Source: a virus. Taken from it: a stretch of DNA of 64,000 nucleotides. The translations under genes and the position numbers were made by a program. Positions within the stretch are counted from its first letter, which is position 1; each line of letters opens with the position of its first letter. Shown here in pieces: positions 17,958-27,275 of the stretch. Below the pieces are notes generated by a model, which worked only from the letters and a program-made list of their open reading frames with translations, searched no databases and was not told where the DNA came from. The stretch lies in the IMG/VR virus record IMGVR_UViG_3300035183_000460, positions 1 to 64,000 of that record; one strand, written 5' to 3'.

Positions 17958-19757
17958 ATGAAAACATTAATTATTGTAGAGTCTCCCACCAAAGCAGATA
18001 AAATACAAAAATTTCTTGATGACAATTATATTGTTTTGTCTAGTAAAGGGCATATAACGGACCTTATTAAGGGAGGTAATCATGGAATTGGAATTGATAT
18101 AGACAACAATTTTAAACCAAAATATGTATTATTACCAGATAAAGTGTCTATTTTAGATAAAATTATGAATATTGCAAAAGAGTGTGATCAAATTCTGATT
18201 GCTTCAGACCCAGATAGAGAGGGTGAGGCTATTGCTTGGCATTTAAAAAATCGTTTATATGATTTAGGTAAACCTATTAAAAGATTTACTTTTAATGAGA
18301 TAACAGAAAAAGCGGTAACACAATCATTAAATAATTTGAGGGATATTGATTTAAATTTATTTCATTCACAGGAAGCCAGAAGGATTTTAGATAGAATAGT
18401 TGGGTTTTCTGTATCATCATTTTTAATGTCAATATATGGACCAAAATTATCTGCTGGCAGAGTACAATCAGTAGTTGTAAGAATGATTATAGATAGAGAA
18501 ATGGAAATAGATTCTTTTAAGCCAGAAGAATTTTGGACTATCAAAGTAAATTTAACAAAAGATGGAAATATTTCTTTTGTTACTAAATATGATGGTAAGA
18601 TTTTAGATAAAAATACTGCAGATACAATAGCATCATCTTTATCTAATAAAGATTATATTGTATCAGATATTTTATCAGATGAAAATAAGAAATTCGCACC
18701 ACCACCATTAATAACTGCTACTTTACAGCAAACAATGTCTAAAATTTATGGTATTACAGCCGATAGAACTATGAGGGCTGCGCAATCATTATATGAAAAC
18801 GGATATTGTACTTATATTAGAACAGATTCTGTTAGAACAGAAGATGATGCTCTTAAAAATCTTAGAGAGTGGTTAAAAGAAAATAAATATGATGTATCTG
18901 AAAAAATAAATGTATTTAAAAATAAAGATTTGTCTCAAGATGCGCATGAATGTATTAGACCAACAGATCTAAATGTTAGACCAGATACTTATGAATTAGC
19001 AAATCCAGATGAAAAGAAAGTTTATGAAGCTATTTGGAAGCATTTTGTTGCAAGTCAAATGAAGCCAGCAGTCTTTAATACTTTAAAGATAGTTGCTCAT
19101 GTTAAAGATAATCCAAAATTAAAAGTTAAAGCGTCAGGAAAATCTTTAAAGGAACTTGGATATCTAAAAGTATTGGATTACAATATATATTCGTCAAAAA
19201 TAGACATACCAAATTTATCTGTTGGAGACAATTTAAAGTTATTTGGTAATAAACCTATTAAATCTGAAAGAAAATTCACACAGCCTCCTTCAAGATTTTC
19301 TGAGGCTGACTTAATAGAAGAATTAAAAAAACGAAGTATTGGTAGACCGGCTACATATGCAGATATTTTATCTAAAATTACATCTAGAAATTATGTTATT
19401 AAACATGGTAATGTATATCGTCCAACAGATTTGGGAAAAAAAATAGTTAAAACATTGATTGATTTCTTTACATTTATGGACTATAATTATACTGCAGATT
19501 TGGAAAAACAATTGGATCATATTGCAGAAAATAAAATGAAGCATATAGATATGCTAAGTTCATTTTATCAACAATTTAAATCTCAATTGTATAATGCTTA
19601 TATTAATTTTGGTTCAGAAATTTGTAAAAAATGTAATAGTCCAATGTTAATTAAAGAATCTAAAAATAAACAAAAATTTTGGGGATGCATAAACTATCCC
19701 AAATGTAATAGTTCTAAATCATATAATGTAAGTGATTATGTATTAAATAATGTATAA
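17958..19757 (+). CDS. topA: DNA topoisomerase I (type IA)
   Basis: LIIVESP.K, DPDREGEAI, SAGRVQS, TYIRTDS (catalytic Tyr), AHECIRPT, IGRPATY, C-terminal zinc ribbon. Confidence 0.96.
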   Translation: MKTLIIVESPTKADKIQKFLDDNYIVLSSKGHITDLIKGGNHGIGIDIDNNFKPKYVLLPDKVSILDKIMNIAKECDQILIASDPDREGEAIAWHLKNRLYDLGKPIKRFTFNEITEKAVTQSLNNLRDIDLNLFHSQEARRILDRIVGFSVSSFLMSIYGPKLSAGRVQSVVVRMIIDREMEIDSFKPEEFWTIKVNLTKDGNISFVTKYDGKILDKNTADTIASSLSNKDYIVSDILSDENKKFAPPPLITATLQQTMSKIYGITADRTMRAAQSLYENGYCTYIRTDSVRTEDDALKNLREWLKENKYDVSEKINVFKNKDLSQDAHECIRPTDLNVRPDTYELANPDEKKVYEAIWKHFVASQMKPAVFNTLKIVAHVKDNPKLKVKASGKSLKELGYLKVLDYNIYSSKIDIPNLSVGDNLKLFGNKPIKSERKFTQPPSRFSEADLIEELKKRSIGRPATYADILSKITSRNYVIKHGNVYRPTDLGKKIVKTLIDFFTFMDYNYTADLEKQLDHIAENKMKHIDMLSSFYQQFKSQLYNAYINFGSEICKKCNSPMLIKESKNKQKFWGCINYPKCNSSKSYNVSDYVLNNV

Positions 19758-20062
19758 ATTTAATAATTAAGATTTATTATATTAATATTGAATATAAAGT
19801 TTTTAAAACTATATAAATTGTATATGTATGTATCTTGCATGTGTCTTATAAGACTATTGAAGCAGCACTTTAGTTGTGTGAGTATACAATATATTGTTAT
19901 GCAGATCATTTAAATAAAATAATTTTGTATATAATAATTTTTATATAATAATTAAATGAAATAATATATAAAGTGTCTATGTTATAGATGAAAATAAACA
20001 GAGTATCGAAATATTATTAAATCTTTACAAACAAATTAATTTTAATTAGGATATACTATATT

Positions 20063-21358
20063 ATGCAAAACAAATATTTATTTTTATCACCATTTGATCT
20101 TGAAAAACAAGAACATTTGAGTATTAATATAATTAAAAAATTACATCCAATAAAGTGTGTAGATTTATTAGATAGACCAAAAGAAAATTTAATAGATCTT
20201 ATTAAATGGGTTGAGATTAATTTTAAAGATAATTTATCTAAAAATGAAAATATTTGCACTTTGATCAATAATCAGATAATTATTGATGGTCAGTTTTTAA
20301 AATTTTGTGATATTAAAAATGTAAAAGTTTCCTGTTTAATACAGGATTCTATTGTATCTTGGAAAACGGATAACAATTTTGAAAAATTCTTTATGCAGGG
20401 AGTTTTCTTAATAAAAGGTAATGATTTTGAATTTTTACATGCAGCTTTATTTCATAAAGGTAATCAAAATGAAGATGAAATAAGCTTTTTCGTTTTGGTA
20501 GATGCTTGTAATTATGAAAAATATATTTCATTTAGAAATGAATTCCAATCTTGGACAATGCAAAGAGACAGAGAAAATTTGCATATTAGAGTAATAGATG
20601 GTAATGATATTAATTATACAAAAGACCATTCTTGGGATGATTTGTTTTTGAATAAATCAATTAAGTCAGATATTAAATTTTTAGTTGAGAGCTTTCTATC
20701 ATCTAAAGATTTTTATAATTCCAAGAGAATTCCTTGGAAACGTGGTGTTTTATTATATGGTCCACCAGGAAATGGAAAAACTTCTTTGATTAGAACAATA
20801 ATATCTAATTATAATTTTAAACCAGTTACAATTGCTCCATTGGCAAATGATGAAATGATTTGTGAGGCATTTTCATATGCTGAAGAACACAGCCCATCTT
20901 TGTTATATTTTGAGGATTTAGATTCTTTATTGGATAGGATTGATGTCTCATCATTTTTGAATTTAATGGATGGAGTTTCTGCTCCAAATGGAATGCTAAT
21001 TATAGCTACAGCAAATAATGTTAAAAAATTAAAACCTAATGTTATAAATAGACCTTCTAGATTTGATAGAAAATTTGAAATTCCACTACCAGATGAAAAC
21101 ATGTGTATATTGTTTTTGAAAAAGTGGTTTGGTAAAACAATTTCTTTACAAAAGATTAAACAATTGGCGAAACTATCTGTTAAAAATGAATTTTCTTATG
21201 CTTATTTAAAAGAATTGTACATTTCTTCCATGTTTGAAGCAATATCAAAAAATAGAGACAAACCATCATTGAATGATATAGATAAAGCATATAAAAATAT
21301 TGTTAAGGAAAAGAAATTTACTTTGGGTGACAAAATAAACACAGAAAAATATTTGTGA
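20063..21358 (+). CDS. AAA+ ATPase (classical clade, FtsH/Bcs1-like module)
   Basis: RGVLLYGPPGNGKT, YFEDLD, FLNLMDG, ATAN, RPSRFDRK. Confidence 0.9.
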   Translation: MQNKYLFLSPFDLEKQEHLSINIIKKLHPIKCVDLLDRPKENLIDLIKWVEINFKDNLSKNENICTLINNQIIIDGQFLKFCDIKNVKVSCLIQDSIVSWKTDNNFEKFFMQGVFLIKGNDFEFLHAALFHKGNQNEDEISFFVLVDACNYEKYISFRNEFQSWTMQRDRENLHIRVIDGNDINYTKDHSWDDLFLNKSIKSDIKFLVESFLSSKDFYNSKRIPWKRGVLLYGPPGNGKTSLIRTIISNYNFKPVTIAPLANDEMICEAFSYAEEHSPSLLYFEDLDSLLDRIDVSSFLNLMDGVSAPNGMLIIATANNVKKLKPNVINRPSRFDRKFEIPLPDENMCILFLKKWFGKTISLQKIKQLAKLSVKNEFSYAYLKELYISSMFEAISKNRDKPSLNDIDKAYKNIVKEKKFTLGDKINTEKYL

Positions 21359-21681
21359 TATATTTTTAATATCACTAATATATTGTGATTGTAAATTTAT
21401 GTTCGATGGCTATAAATATAATTATATATAATTATACTTATTGATCGTTTATCATTATATACATCTTATTAATATTGTTTTTGTTGTTTTAACAACAATA
21501 TATTTATTATTAAAATAAATTATTTTACTGATATATTTAGATAAAAATGTAAGTGCAAAATAATATAATTTTTAATTTCTACAAAATATTAATATTCGGA
21601 ATGTAGAGTAGAAAATATAAATTTCATTAATGAAATTATATTAGTCATAATATTTATGGTAATTTACGATAGGATATAAAA

Positions 21682-22032
21682 ATGAAAAAGAAATTTTCAC
21701 ATAAAAATAAAAAATTTGATACACAATCTTCCAAATTTGATTATATTCAGCCCATTGAAGCAAAGCCATTAGAAGTTATAGTTTATGATAATTTCGATAA
21801 GGCTATGAAGGCTTTTAGAACTTTAGTTCAAAGAGAAAGGGTTTTATCTATTTATAAAGAAAAACAATATTATGAGAAACCATCAGATCGTAAAAGAAGG
21901 AAAAAAAATGAATATAAAAGAAAAATTATGGAGCTTGCTAATACAAAATTAATTAAACAAAAGAAGAAAAAAGATAAAGATAAAAGCAAAGAAAATAAAG
22001 AACTTCTTACAGAAGAGAACAATGATGTCTAA
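21682..22032 (+). CDS. rpsU: Ribosomal protein bS21 with N- and C-terminal extensions
   Basis: VIVYDNFDKAMKAFRTLV......YKEKQYYEKPSDRKRRK. Confidence 0.88.
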   Translation: MKKKFSHKNKKFDTQSSKFDYIQPIEAKPLEVIVYDNFDKAMKAFRTLVQRERVLSIYKEKQYYEKPSDRKRRKKNEYKRKIMELANTKLIKQKKKKDKDKSKENKELLTEENNDV

Positions 22033-22603
22033 ATATTCTAAAACAGAATATGTTCCATATGTACCTAATTATAAAAAAATGAACATAACTCCTACTACAC
22101 AAGATTGTAGTGTTGATTTTTCAAATTCGTCCATATCTTCTGAAGGAGATTTAGATAATCCACGAATACGAAAACCAAATGTCACTACATCTACAAACGT
22201 TCAGTATTCTGAATTTGTTGAAGTCGGTTCTAAAACAGAATATGTTCCTAATGTAGGAAATAATATTGAACATACTTGGGTAGGTATTGATGGAGATATT
22301 GTTGATGATTTAGGTATAAATGGCGATAGTGTAAAAAAATCACTGGAACATCAAGAATACAACGTTGTCACTGAAAATTATACGGATACTGTAAAAAATA
22401 CCTATAATACAACAAATATAGGAGAATATTTAATTATTTTTAATGGACAAATTATATCTACCGGAGATTTATCATCGGTACAAAATGATGTTAGATCTTT
22501 AATTTTTGGTGAGCACGAATTATGTAAAACAAACAATATTAATGTAGAAGATTTAATTGTTCTAAAAAGAATTCCAATTAAAATTGGAGTATTTATAGAG
22601 TGA
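22022..22603 (+). CDS. Hypothetical protein
   Basis: 193-aa ORF with internal SKTEYVP duplication. Confidence 0.7.
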   Translation: MMSKYSKTEYVPYVPNYKKMNITPTTQDCSVDFSNSSISSEGDLDNPRIRKPNVTTSTNVQYSEFVEVGSKTEYVPNVGNNIEHTWVGIDGDIVDDLGINGDSVKKSLEHQEYNVVTENYTDTVKNTYNTTNIGEYLIIFNGQIISTGDLSSVQNDVRSLIFGEHELCKTNNINVEDLIVLKRIPIKIGVFIE

Positions 22604-22610
22604 GGTCTTT

Positions 22611-23258
22611 TTGGAAAATTCTAGTAGAAAAGCTACAGATGTTTTATTATCTATTGAATCTAAAATAGATACCGTACTTTCATTATATAAGTCTTTATCT
22701 TTTGATATTAAAATATTATCAAATAAAGTTAATTATATTATTGAAAAACAACCACATGAGAAAATTTCCCAACAAATTAAGACAACAGATTTTTCTGTTG
22801 ATGATGATAATAATAATCTTGTTAATGTAAAAAAGGAAGATGCTTTACCTGTTACAGATTATCCAGTAGGATTTAGAAGAACATCTCGCCCAGAAACATA
22901 TGTTACTGATCAGACTGATACATTGATTACACATTCATCAGAACAGGATACAGATTTTAAAGATTATAAATCTAATTCTTTGTTGCCTGTTAATGTTGTA
23001 CAACGTATAGTAGACAAAAATGGAAAATCGTTATTCTTGGCAGAAGTAGAAATTATATCATCTAATAATCCTTCTGACGTCATAAAAACTAGGACAAATG
23101 CTGCTGGCAAGTGGCAAGCTCAACTTACTCCTGGAGAATATAAAGTTTTTATAAGAAAAAGAGAATCTGTAACAAAAAATAAAATTGAAACATTACAAAC
23201 AATTAATGTTGACGGAACAGAGTCATTACTTAATTTAGATATGTTGATCATAAAATAA
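22611..23258 (+). CDS. Hypothetical protein with C-terminal carboxypeptidase-regulatory-like beta sandwich
   Basis: IVDKNGK.L..AEV...TRTN..GKW...LTPGEY. Confidence 0.6.
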   Translation: MENSSRKATDVLLSIESKIDTVLSLYKSLSFDIKILSNKVNYIIEKQPHEKISQQIKTTDFSVDDDNNNLVNVKKEDALPVTDYPVGFRRTSRPETYVTDQTDTLITHSSEQDTDFKDYKSNSLLPVNVVQRIVDKNGKSLFLAEVEIISSNNPSDVIKTRTNAAGKWQAQLTPGEYKVFIRKRESVTKNKIETLQTINVDGTESLLNLDMLIIK

Positions 23259-23290
23259 TATTATATTTTAAATAATATGTAACATAGATC

Positions 23291-23803
23291 ATGAAAATGA
23301 AAAAAACGCTACTTTTAGGTGCAACTTATGAGGTTTTAAACTTTATAGATTTTCGTAAAACAATTAAGCATTTAGTTAATGAGAAAGTAGAAATTATTTC
23401 GTATTGGGAAGATTATATCTCTTTTGGCAATGGTTTAATTAAACATCCATCAATTGTAAAATTAAAGAAACCTATAAAAAGACATTATTATGTAAATAAT
23501 TTTAGTAGGAAAGCTCTTGTTAAAAGAGATAGAAGTGTTTGCCAATATTGTAATAAAAAATTATCTGCAAATCAAATTACAATAGATCATGTAGTACCAA
23601 GATCACAAGGTGGTGTTACTTCATTTATTAATTGTGTTGTTGCTTGCCAATTATGTAATAGCAAAAAAGATAATAGAACTCCAGATCAAGCAGGAATGAG
23701 GCTTTTAAGGAGACCAACATTACCTTCTTTTCAATTAAGAAGAAATTATATAGATAATATAGATTATTGGCATCAAGATTGGGATAATTTTTTAATTATG
23801 TAA
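23291..23803 (+). CDS. HNH endonuclease (McrA-like)
   Basis: RD...CQYC....TIDHVVPRSQGG....NCV.AC..CN..K. Confidence 0.92.
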   Translation: MKMKKTLLLGATYEVLNFIDFRKTIKHLVNEKVEIISYWEDYISFGNGLIKHPSIVKLKKPIKRHYYVNNFSRKALVKRDRSVCQYCNKKLSANQITIDHVVPRSQGGVTSFINCVVACQLCNSKKDNRTPDQAGMRLLRRPTLPSFQLRRNYIDNIDYWHQDWDNFLIM

Positions 23804-24009
23804 ATTATCACAATTATTGTATCATTTACATAAACATAATTCTATGCATGTTGTGTTTTAATGGTAGTAGACATTATGATATTAAGTTATTGATCTAATT
23901 TAAGAAAATATTAGCATATATCATAAAAAATGATGTAATTATAAAAATATACTATAAATTAAGTACAATTTAAGATAAAAAATAATAATCAATAATGATA
24001 TGTTAATTT

Positions 24010-24039
24010 AACCACCATTATTATAATGGTGGTTTTTTT
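24010..24039 (+). terminator. Intrinsic terminator
   Basis: AACCACCATTA/TAATGGTGGTT stem followed by a T-run. Confidence 0.75.
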
Positions 24040-24067
24040 GTATGTAATTATAAACATATAATGATAT

Positions 24068-24334
24068 ATGGAAGTTGAAGTTATTATGAATACAACACAA
24101 TCTTATAATTGTGTAATTTGTGCTGAAGAGTTTGTACCAGAATATTCAGATAATACTGTTTTATCTAAAATAAATATTACAAATTTTAAGATTTGTGAAT
24201 CTTGTGTTAATAAATGTGATCCATCTGAAGATTATCGTCAAGCAAAAGAAATTATTAATTCATATTTGAAATACTCAAATAATCCATATCTATTATTTAA
24301 AGATGCATTAGATATTTTATCTAATATTAAATAA
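24068..24334 (+). CDS. Small zinc-finger protein
   Basis: CVIC...CESC. Confidence 0.65.
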   Translation: MEVEVIMNTTQSYNCVICAEEFVPEYSDNTVLSKINITNFKICESCVNKCDPSEDYRQAKEIINSYLKYSNNPYLLFKDALDILSNIK

Positions 24335-24337
24335 TAA

Positions 24338-24493
24338 TTATAGTTCTATTATAATAACTCTTTTTTCTTCTTTTAAATCCTCTTCTTTTTGTTTAGGTTT
24401 TTCAAATGGAATATATTCATCGTAAAGAGGTAATTGGGTTTCTTTATATGTTTCTTTTTCTATTTTATGAATAAAAGGAATATATTCTATCAT
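24338..24493 (-). CDS. Small hypothetical protein
   Basis: 51 aa from ATG 24493 with GAGG SD. Confidence 0.5.
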   Translation of the reverse strand: MIEYIPFIHKIEKETYKETQLPLYDEYIPFEKPKQKEEDLKEEKRVIIIEL

Positions 24494-24528
24494 ATTCTGC
24501 CTCTGTATATAATAATATATTATTGATA

Positions 24529-24729
24529 ATGTTTTGTTCAAATTGTTCTAAACTTAGCTATCAGTATACTACTAAACACTGTATTAAATGCAAGTCTTAT
24601 GTATATAATACTATATCTGTATTGTGCGATACATGTTCAGACAACGATTTAATATGTTCTGTATGTATAAAAAAAATTAATACTATTAAAAATAAATTAG
24701 GAGGCGGTTGTAATATGTGTGGAAGATGA
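24529..24729 (+). CDS. Cysteine-rich zinc-finger protein (CRIPT-like spacing)
   Basis: Five CxxC pairs in 66 aa. Confidence 0.65.
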   Translation: MFCSNCSKLSYQYTTKHCIKCKSYVYNTISVLCDTCSDNDLICSVCIKKINTIKNKLGGGCNMCGR

Positions 24730-24741
24730 TATAATCATAGT

Positions 24742-25260
24742 ATGATTATAACTAATAATGAAGAAGCACTAAGAGTAAAATGTTACAATGCTTCTCAAGA
24801 TGAAGTTGGTCATATAATTTCTTTATTGGAACAAGAATTACGCGAAAGTAATAGGCTTGGTAAATTTGGTATTGGTTTAGCTGCCCCGCAAATTGGAATA
24901 AATAAAAATGTTGCTATTGTTAGAATAGATAACAATTATCATGTTAATTTAGTAAATTGTAAAATACAAAAATCATTTGATCCAACTATTTTCAGAAATG
25001 AGGGCTGTTTATCTTTTCCTGGTAGAGTAGAAGACACAATGAGATATCAGGAAATATATGTAACAGATAATTTAGTATATCCACACTCTTTCATTGTAAC
25101 TGGATTAATGGCTGTTGTATGTCAACATGAAATTGGTCATTGGAATCAGGATTTATTTTTTGATCATATGATTGAAAAGCCAAACAATAAGAAAGTAAAA
25201 CCAAATGATCCATGTATTTGTGGGAAACCTAAAAAATATAAAAAATGTTGTGGTAAATAA
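24742..25260 (+). CDS. def: Peptide deformylase with C-terminal SEC-C motif
   Basis: GIGLAAPQIG, EGCLS, QHEIGH; tail PNDPCICGKPKKYKKCCG. Confidence 0.9.
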   Translation: MIITNNEEALRVKCYNASQDEVGHIISLLEQELRESNRLGKFGIGLAAPQIGINKNVAIVRIDNNYHVNLVNCKIQKSFDPTIFRNEGCLSFPGRVEDTMRYQEIYVTDNLVYPHSFIVTGLMAVVCQHEIGHWNQDLFFDHMIEKPNNKKVKPNDPCICGKPKKYKKCCGK

Positions 25261-25261
25261 T

Positions 25262-25438
25262 ATGAATAATGAAAGTAAAGATATTAATTTAATTATAACA
25301 GAAATTTTAATTAGATTAACGTCCATAGAAAAACTTTTACTAGATAAAAAAATAATTAATGAAGAAGAATTGCTTAATCAAGTTAAGATATTATCTGAAT
25401 CTTTGGTTGAAACAATTAAAAAATATACAAATAATTAA
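25262..25438 (+). CDS. Small hypothetical protein
   Basis: 58-aa ORF coupled on both sides. Confidence 0.6.
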   Translation: MNNESKDINLIITEILIRLTSIEKLLLDKKIINEEELLNQVKILSESLVETIKKYTNN

Positions 25439-25755
25439 TGATTCATATCATATCAGAGAAAGAAATTAATTTAATTAAATTAAATGCTTTAGTTTTTTGT
25501 GCTCCTTGGATGCCAACGTATAAAAGATATATTAATTTAATTTCTAGATTAGAAAATAGATATAAAAATATTAATTTTTTTGGAATAAATACTGATAAAT
25601 TACAAAATGTTTGCAAAATGTTTAATGTTATTTCAATACCTGAAATATTGGTATTTTATGATTCGCAAGAAATATGTAGAATAACAGGAATACCATCGCT
25701 TATTAAAAGCGTAACATCTAGTTTAGATGATATATATGAAAAATATAATATATGA
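25438..25755 (+). CDS. Thioredoxin-fold protein lacking CxxC
   Basis: FCAPWMPTYK in place of FxAxWCxxCK; FNVISIP cis-Pro loop; RITG. Confidence 0.75.
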   Translation: MIHIISEKEINLIKLNALVFCAPWMPTYKRYINLISRLENRYKNINFFGINTDKLQNVCKMFNVISIPEILVFYDSQEICRITGIPSLIKSVTSSLDDIYEKYNI

Positions 25756-25770
25756 TAATAGGAGATCAAA

Positions 25771-26064
25771 ATGGAAAATGTAAAAAAGGAAGTTGAACAG
25801 GTAGATCAAGATAAAAAAGTTGAAAAAAAAATTGTTAAAACTACTGCAGAGAAAATGTGGGATGAAATTAGATCTTTAGAATTATTAATGTTTTCTTTGC
25901 CTGGACAAACCGTAGAATTTCATTGTACTCCAGTTATTGTTGAACCAAATAGGTTATATCTTACGATTAAATCAGGTTCAGTACTTCCTGCGCTTGAAGA
26001 AACTTTAGGAAAAAATTATAATTTAGAAGTATCAGAAAAATATATAATAGTTTCTAAAAAATAG
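25771..26064 (+). CDS. Hypothetical protein
   Basis: 97-aa ORF with AGGAG SD. Confidence 0.75.
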   Translation: MENVKKEVEQVDQDKKVEKKIVKTTAEKMWDEIRSLELLMFSLPGQTVEFHCTPVIVEPNRLYLTIKSGSVLPALEETLGKNYNLEVSEKYIIVSKK

Positions 26065-26084
26065 GAATAAAATAGGAATAAGAA

Positions 26085-26561
26085 ATGCCTTTTGATGATG
26101 ATGATAAGTTGCCACAAACACCAAAAATTGGTATAAAATATCAAGGTAAATCTATATTTGATGATCTTCCTAAAAAACCATCATTAGATGAATTTACTAA
26201 AGAAGCTCAAGAGGTCAATAAAAAATTAGAAGGATATGGTAAGAGAGCCAGCGAATTAGTAGCACAATTTAAGAAATTGATGGATGATAAAACTCTTCCA
26301 CAAAACAAAAATCAATTTGCTTCTGAAATAGAAAAGGAAGTAATTTCTAATATGATTAATCTGGCTATAGAAATTAATTCAGATGAAAATGAAATAGAAG
26401 GAATGGGATCTGTTGGCTGGATTGCTTTAATACTAAAATATTTGTTAGTTCAAAAAGATAAGATTAATCAATTAGAATATTCTAATTTGACTTTAGAAAA
26501 TAAAATTAAAGAACAAAATACAATATTAAATTCAATTTTGAATAAACTTGACATTAAGTAA
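26085..26561 (+). CDS. Hypothetical coiled-coil protein
   Basis: 158-aa ORF. Confidence 0.7.
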   Translation: MPFDDDDKLPQTPKIGIKYQGKSIFDDLPKKPSLDEFTKEAQEVNKKLEGYGKRASELVAQFKKLMDDKTLPQNKNQFASEIEKEVISNMINLAIEINSDENEIEGMGSVGWIALILKYLLVQKDKINQLEYSNLTLENKIKEQNTILNSILNKLDIK

Positions 26562-26565
26562 TTAT

Positions 26566-26763
26566 ATGAGTAAAATTATTATTCCGATAACTAAAGACTC
26601 CTTACTAAATATTGTAGCTGAAGAGAAAGAAAGATTTAGTAAATATTCACAATTATGCGCCCAATATCAGACACAAACAGATCAATTAATTATGGCGAGA
26701 CATCGTGGGAGGATGGAGATTTTACAGCGTCTTCTACAGGATCATTTCGGACTAAAAATTTAA
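26566..26763 (+). CDS. Small hypothetical protein overlapping the next gene by 109 bp
   Basis: 65 aa from ATG 26566. Confidence 0.55.
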   Translation: MSKIIIPITKDSLLNIVAEEKERFSKYSQLCAQYQTQTDQLIMARHRGRMEILQRLLQDHFGLKI

Positions 26764-27275
26764 TTAGGGCAGCTAATTCTGTACCAATAACAAAAGTATT
26801 TGAGCTTTATGGTATTAAAGCATCTGAACATAATAGAAAAATAACTTGTCCATTTAGCCATCATAAAGGTGGTAAGGAAAATACACCTTCATTAATGTAT
26901 TATCCAAATACAAATACTTTTTATTGTTTTGGTTGTAATTCTGGAAGTTCTGTTGTAGATTTTGTTGCATTTATGGATCATATAAATAAATATGATGCAG
27001 CTCTTAAAATTATAGAAATTTATTGTTCAGATATAACAGAAAACGAAATTATAAACTCTTCTTTAGAAGAAAGAAATATTATTTTATTTGAATTTTCTAA
27101 CTTTATAAGAAATTATTTAGAAATGTATTCTGATAATCCAGAATATTTTTCTTTAATAGAAAAACATTTGCTTGCATTTGATAGATCAAATGAAAAGTAT
27201 TATCTTGACACTGAAGCTCTTAAATTTTTAACTGATAAAGTTAAAAAAAGGATAGAAAGTTATTTATGTCTGTAA
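26655..27275 (+). CDS. Stand-alone DnaG-type CHC2 zinc-binding domain protein
   Basis: CPFSHH...ENTPSL..Y....TFYCFGC..G.SVVDFV.......AALKI; no TOPRIM domain. Confidence 0.85.
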   Translation: MRPISDTNRSINYGETSWEDGDFTASSTGSFRTKNLIRAANSVPITKVFELYGIKASEHNRKITCPFSHHKGGKENTPSLMYYPNTNTFYCFGCNSGSSVVDFVAFMDHINKYDAALKIIEIYCSDITENEIINSSLEERNIILFEFSNFIRNYLEMYSDNPEYFSLIEKHLLAFDRSNEKYYLDTEALKFLTDKVKKRIESYLCL

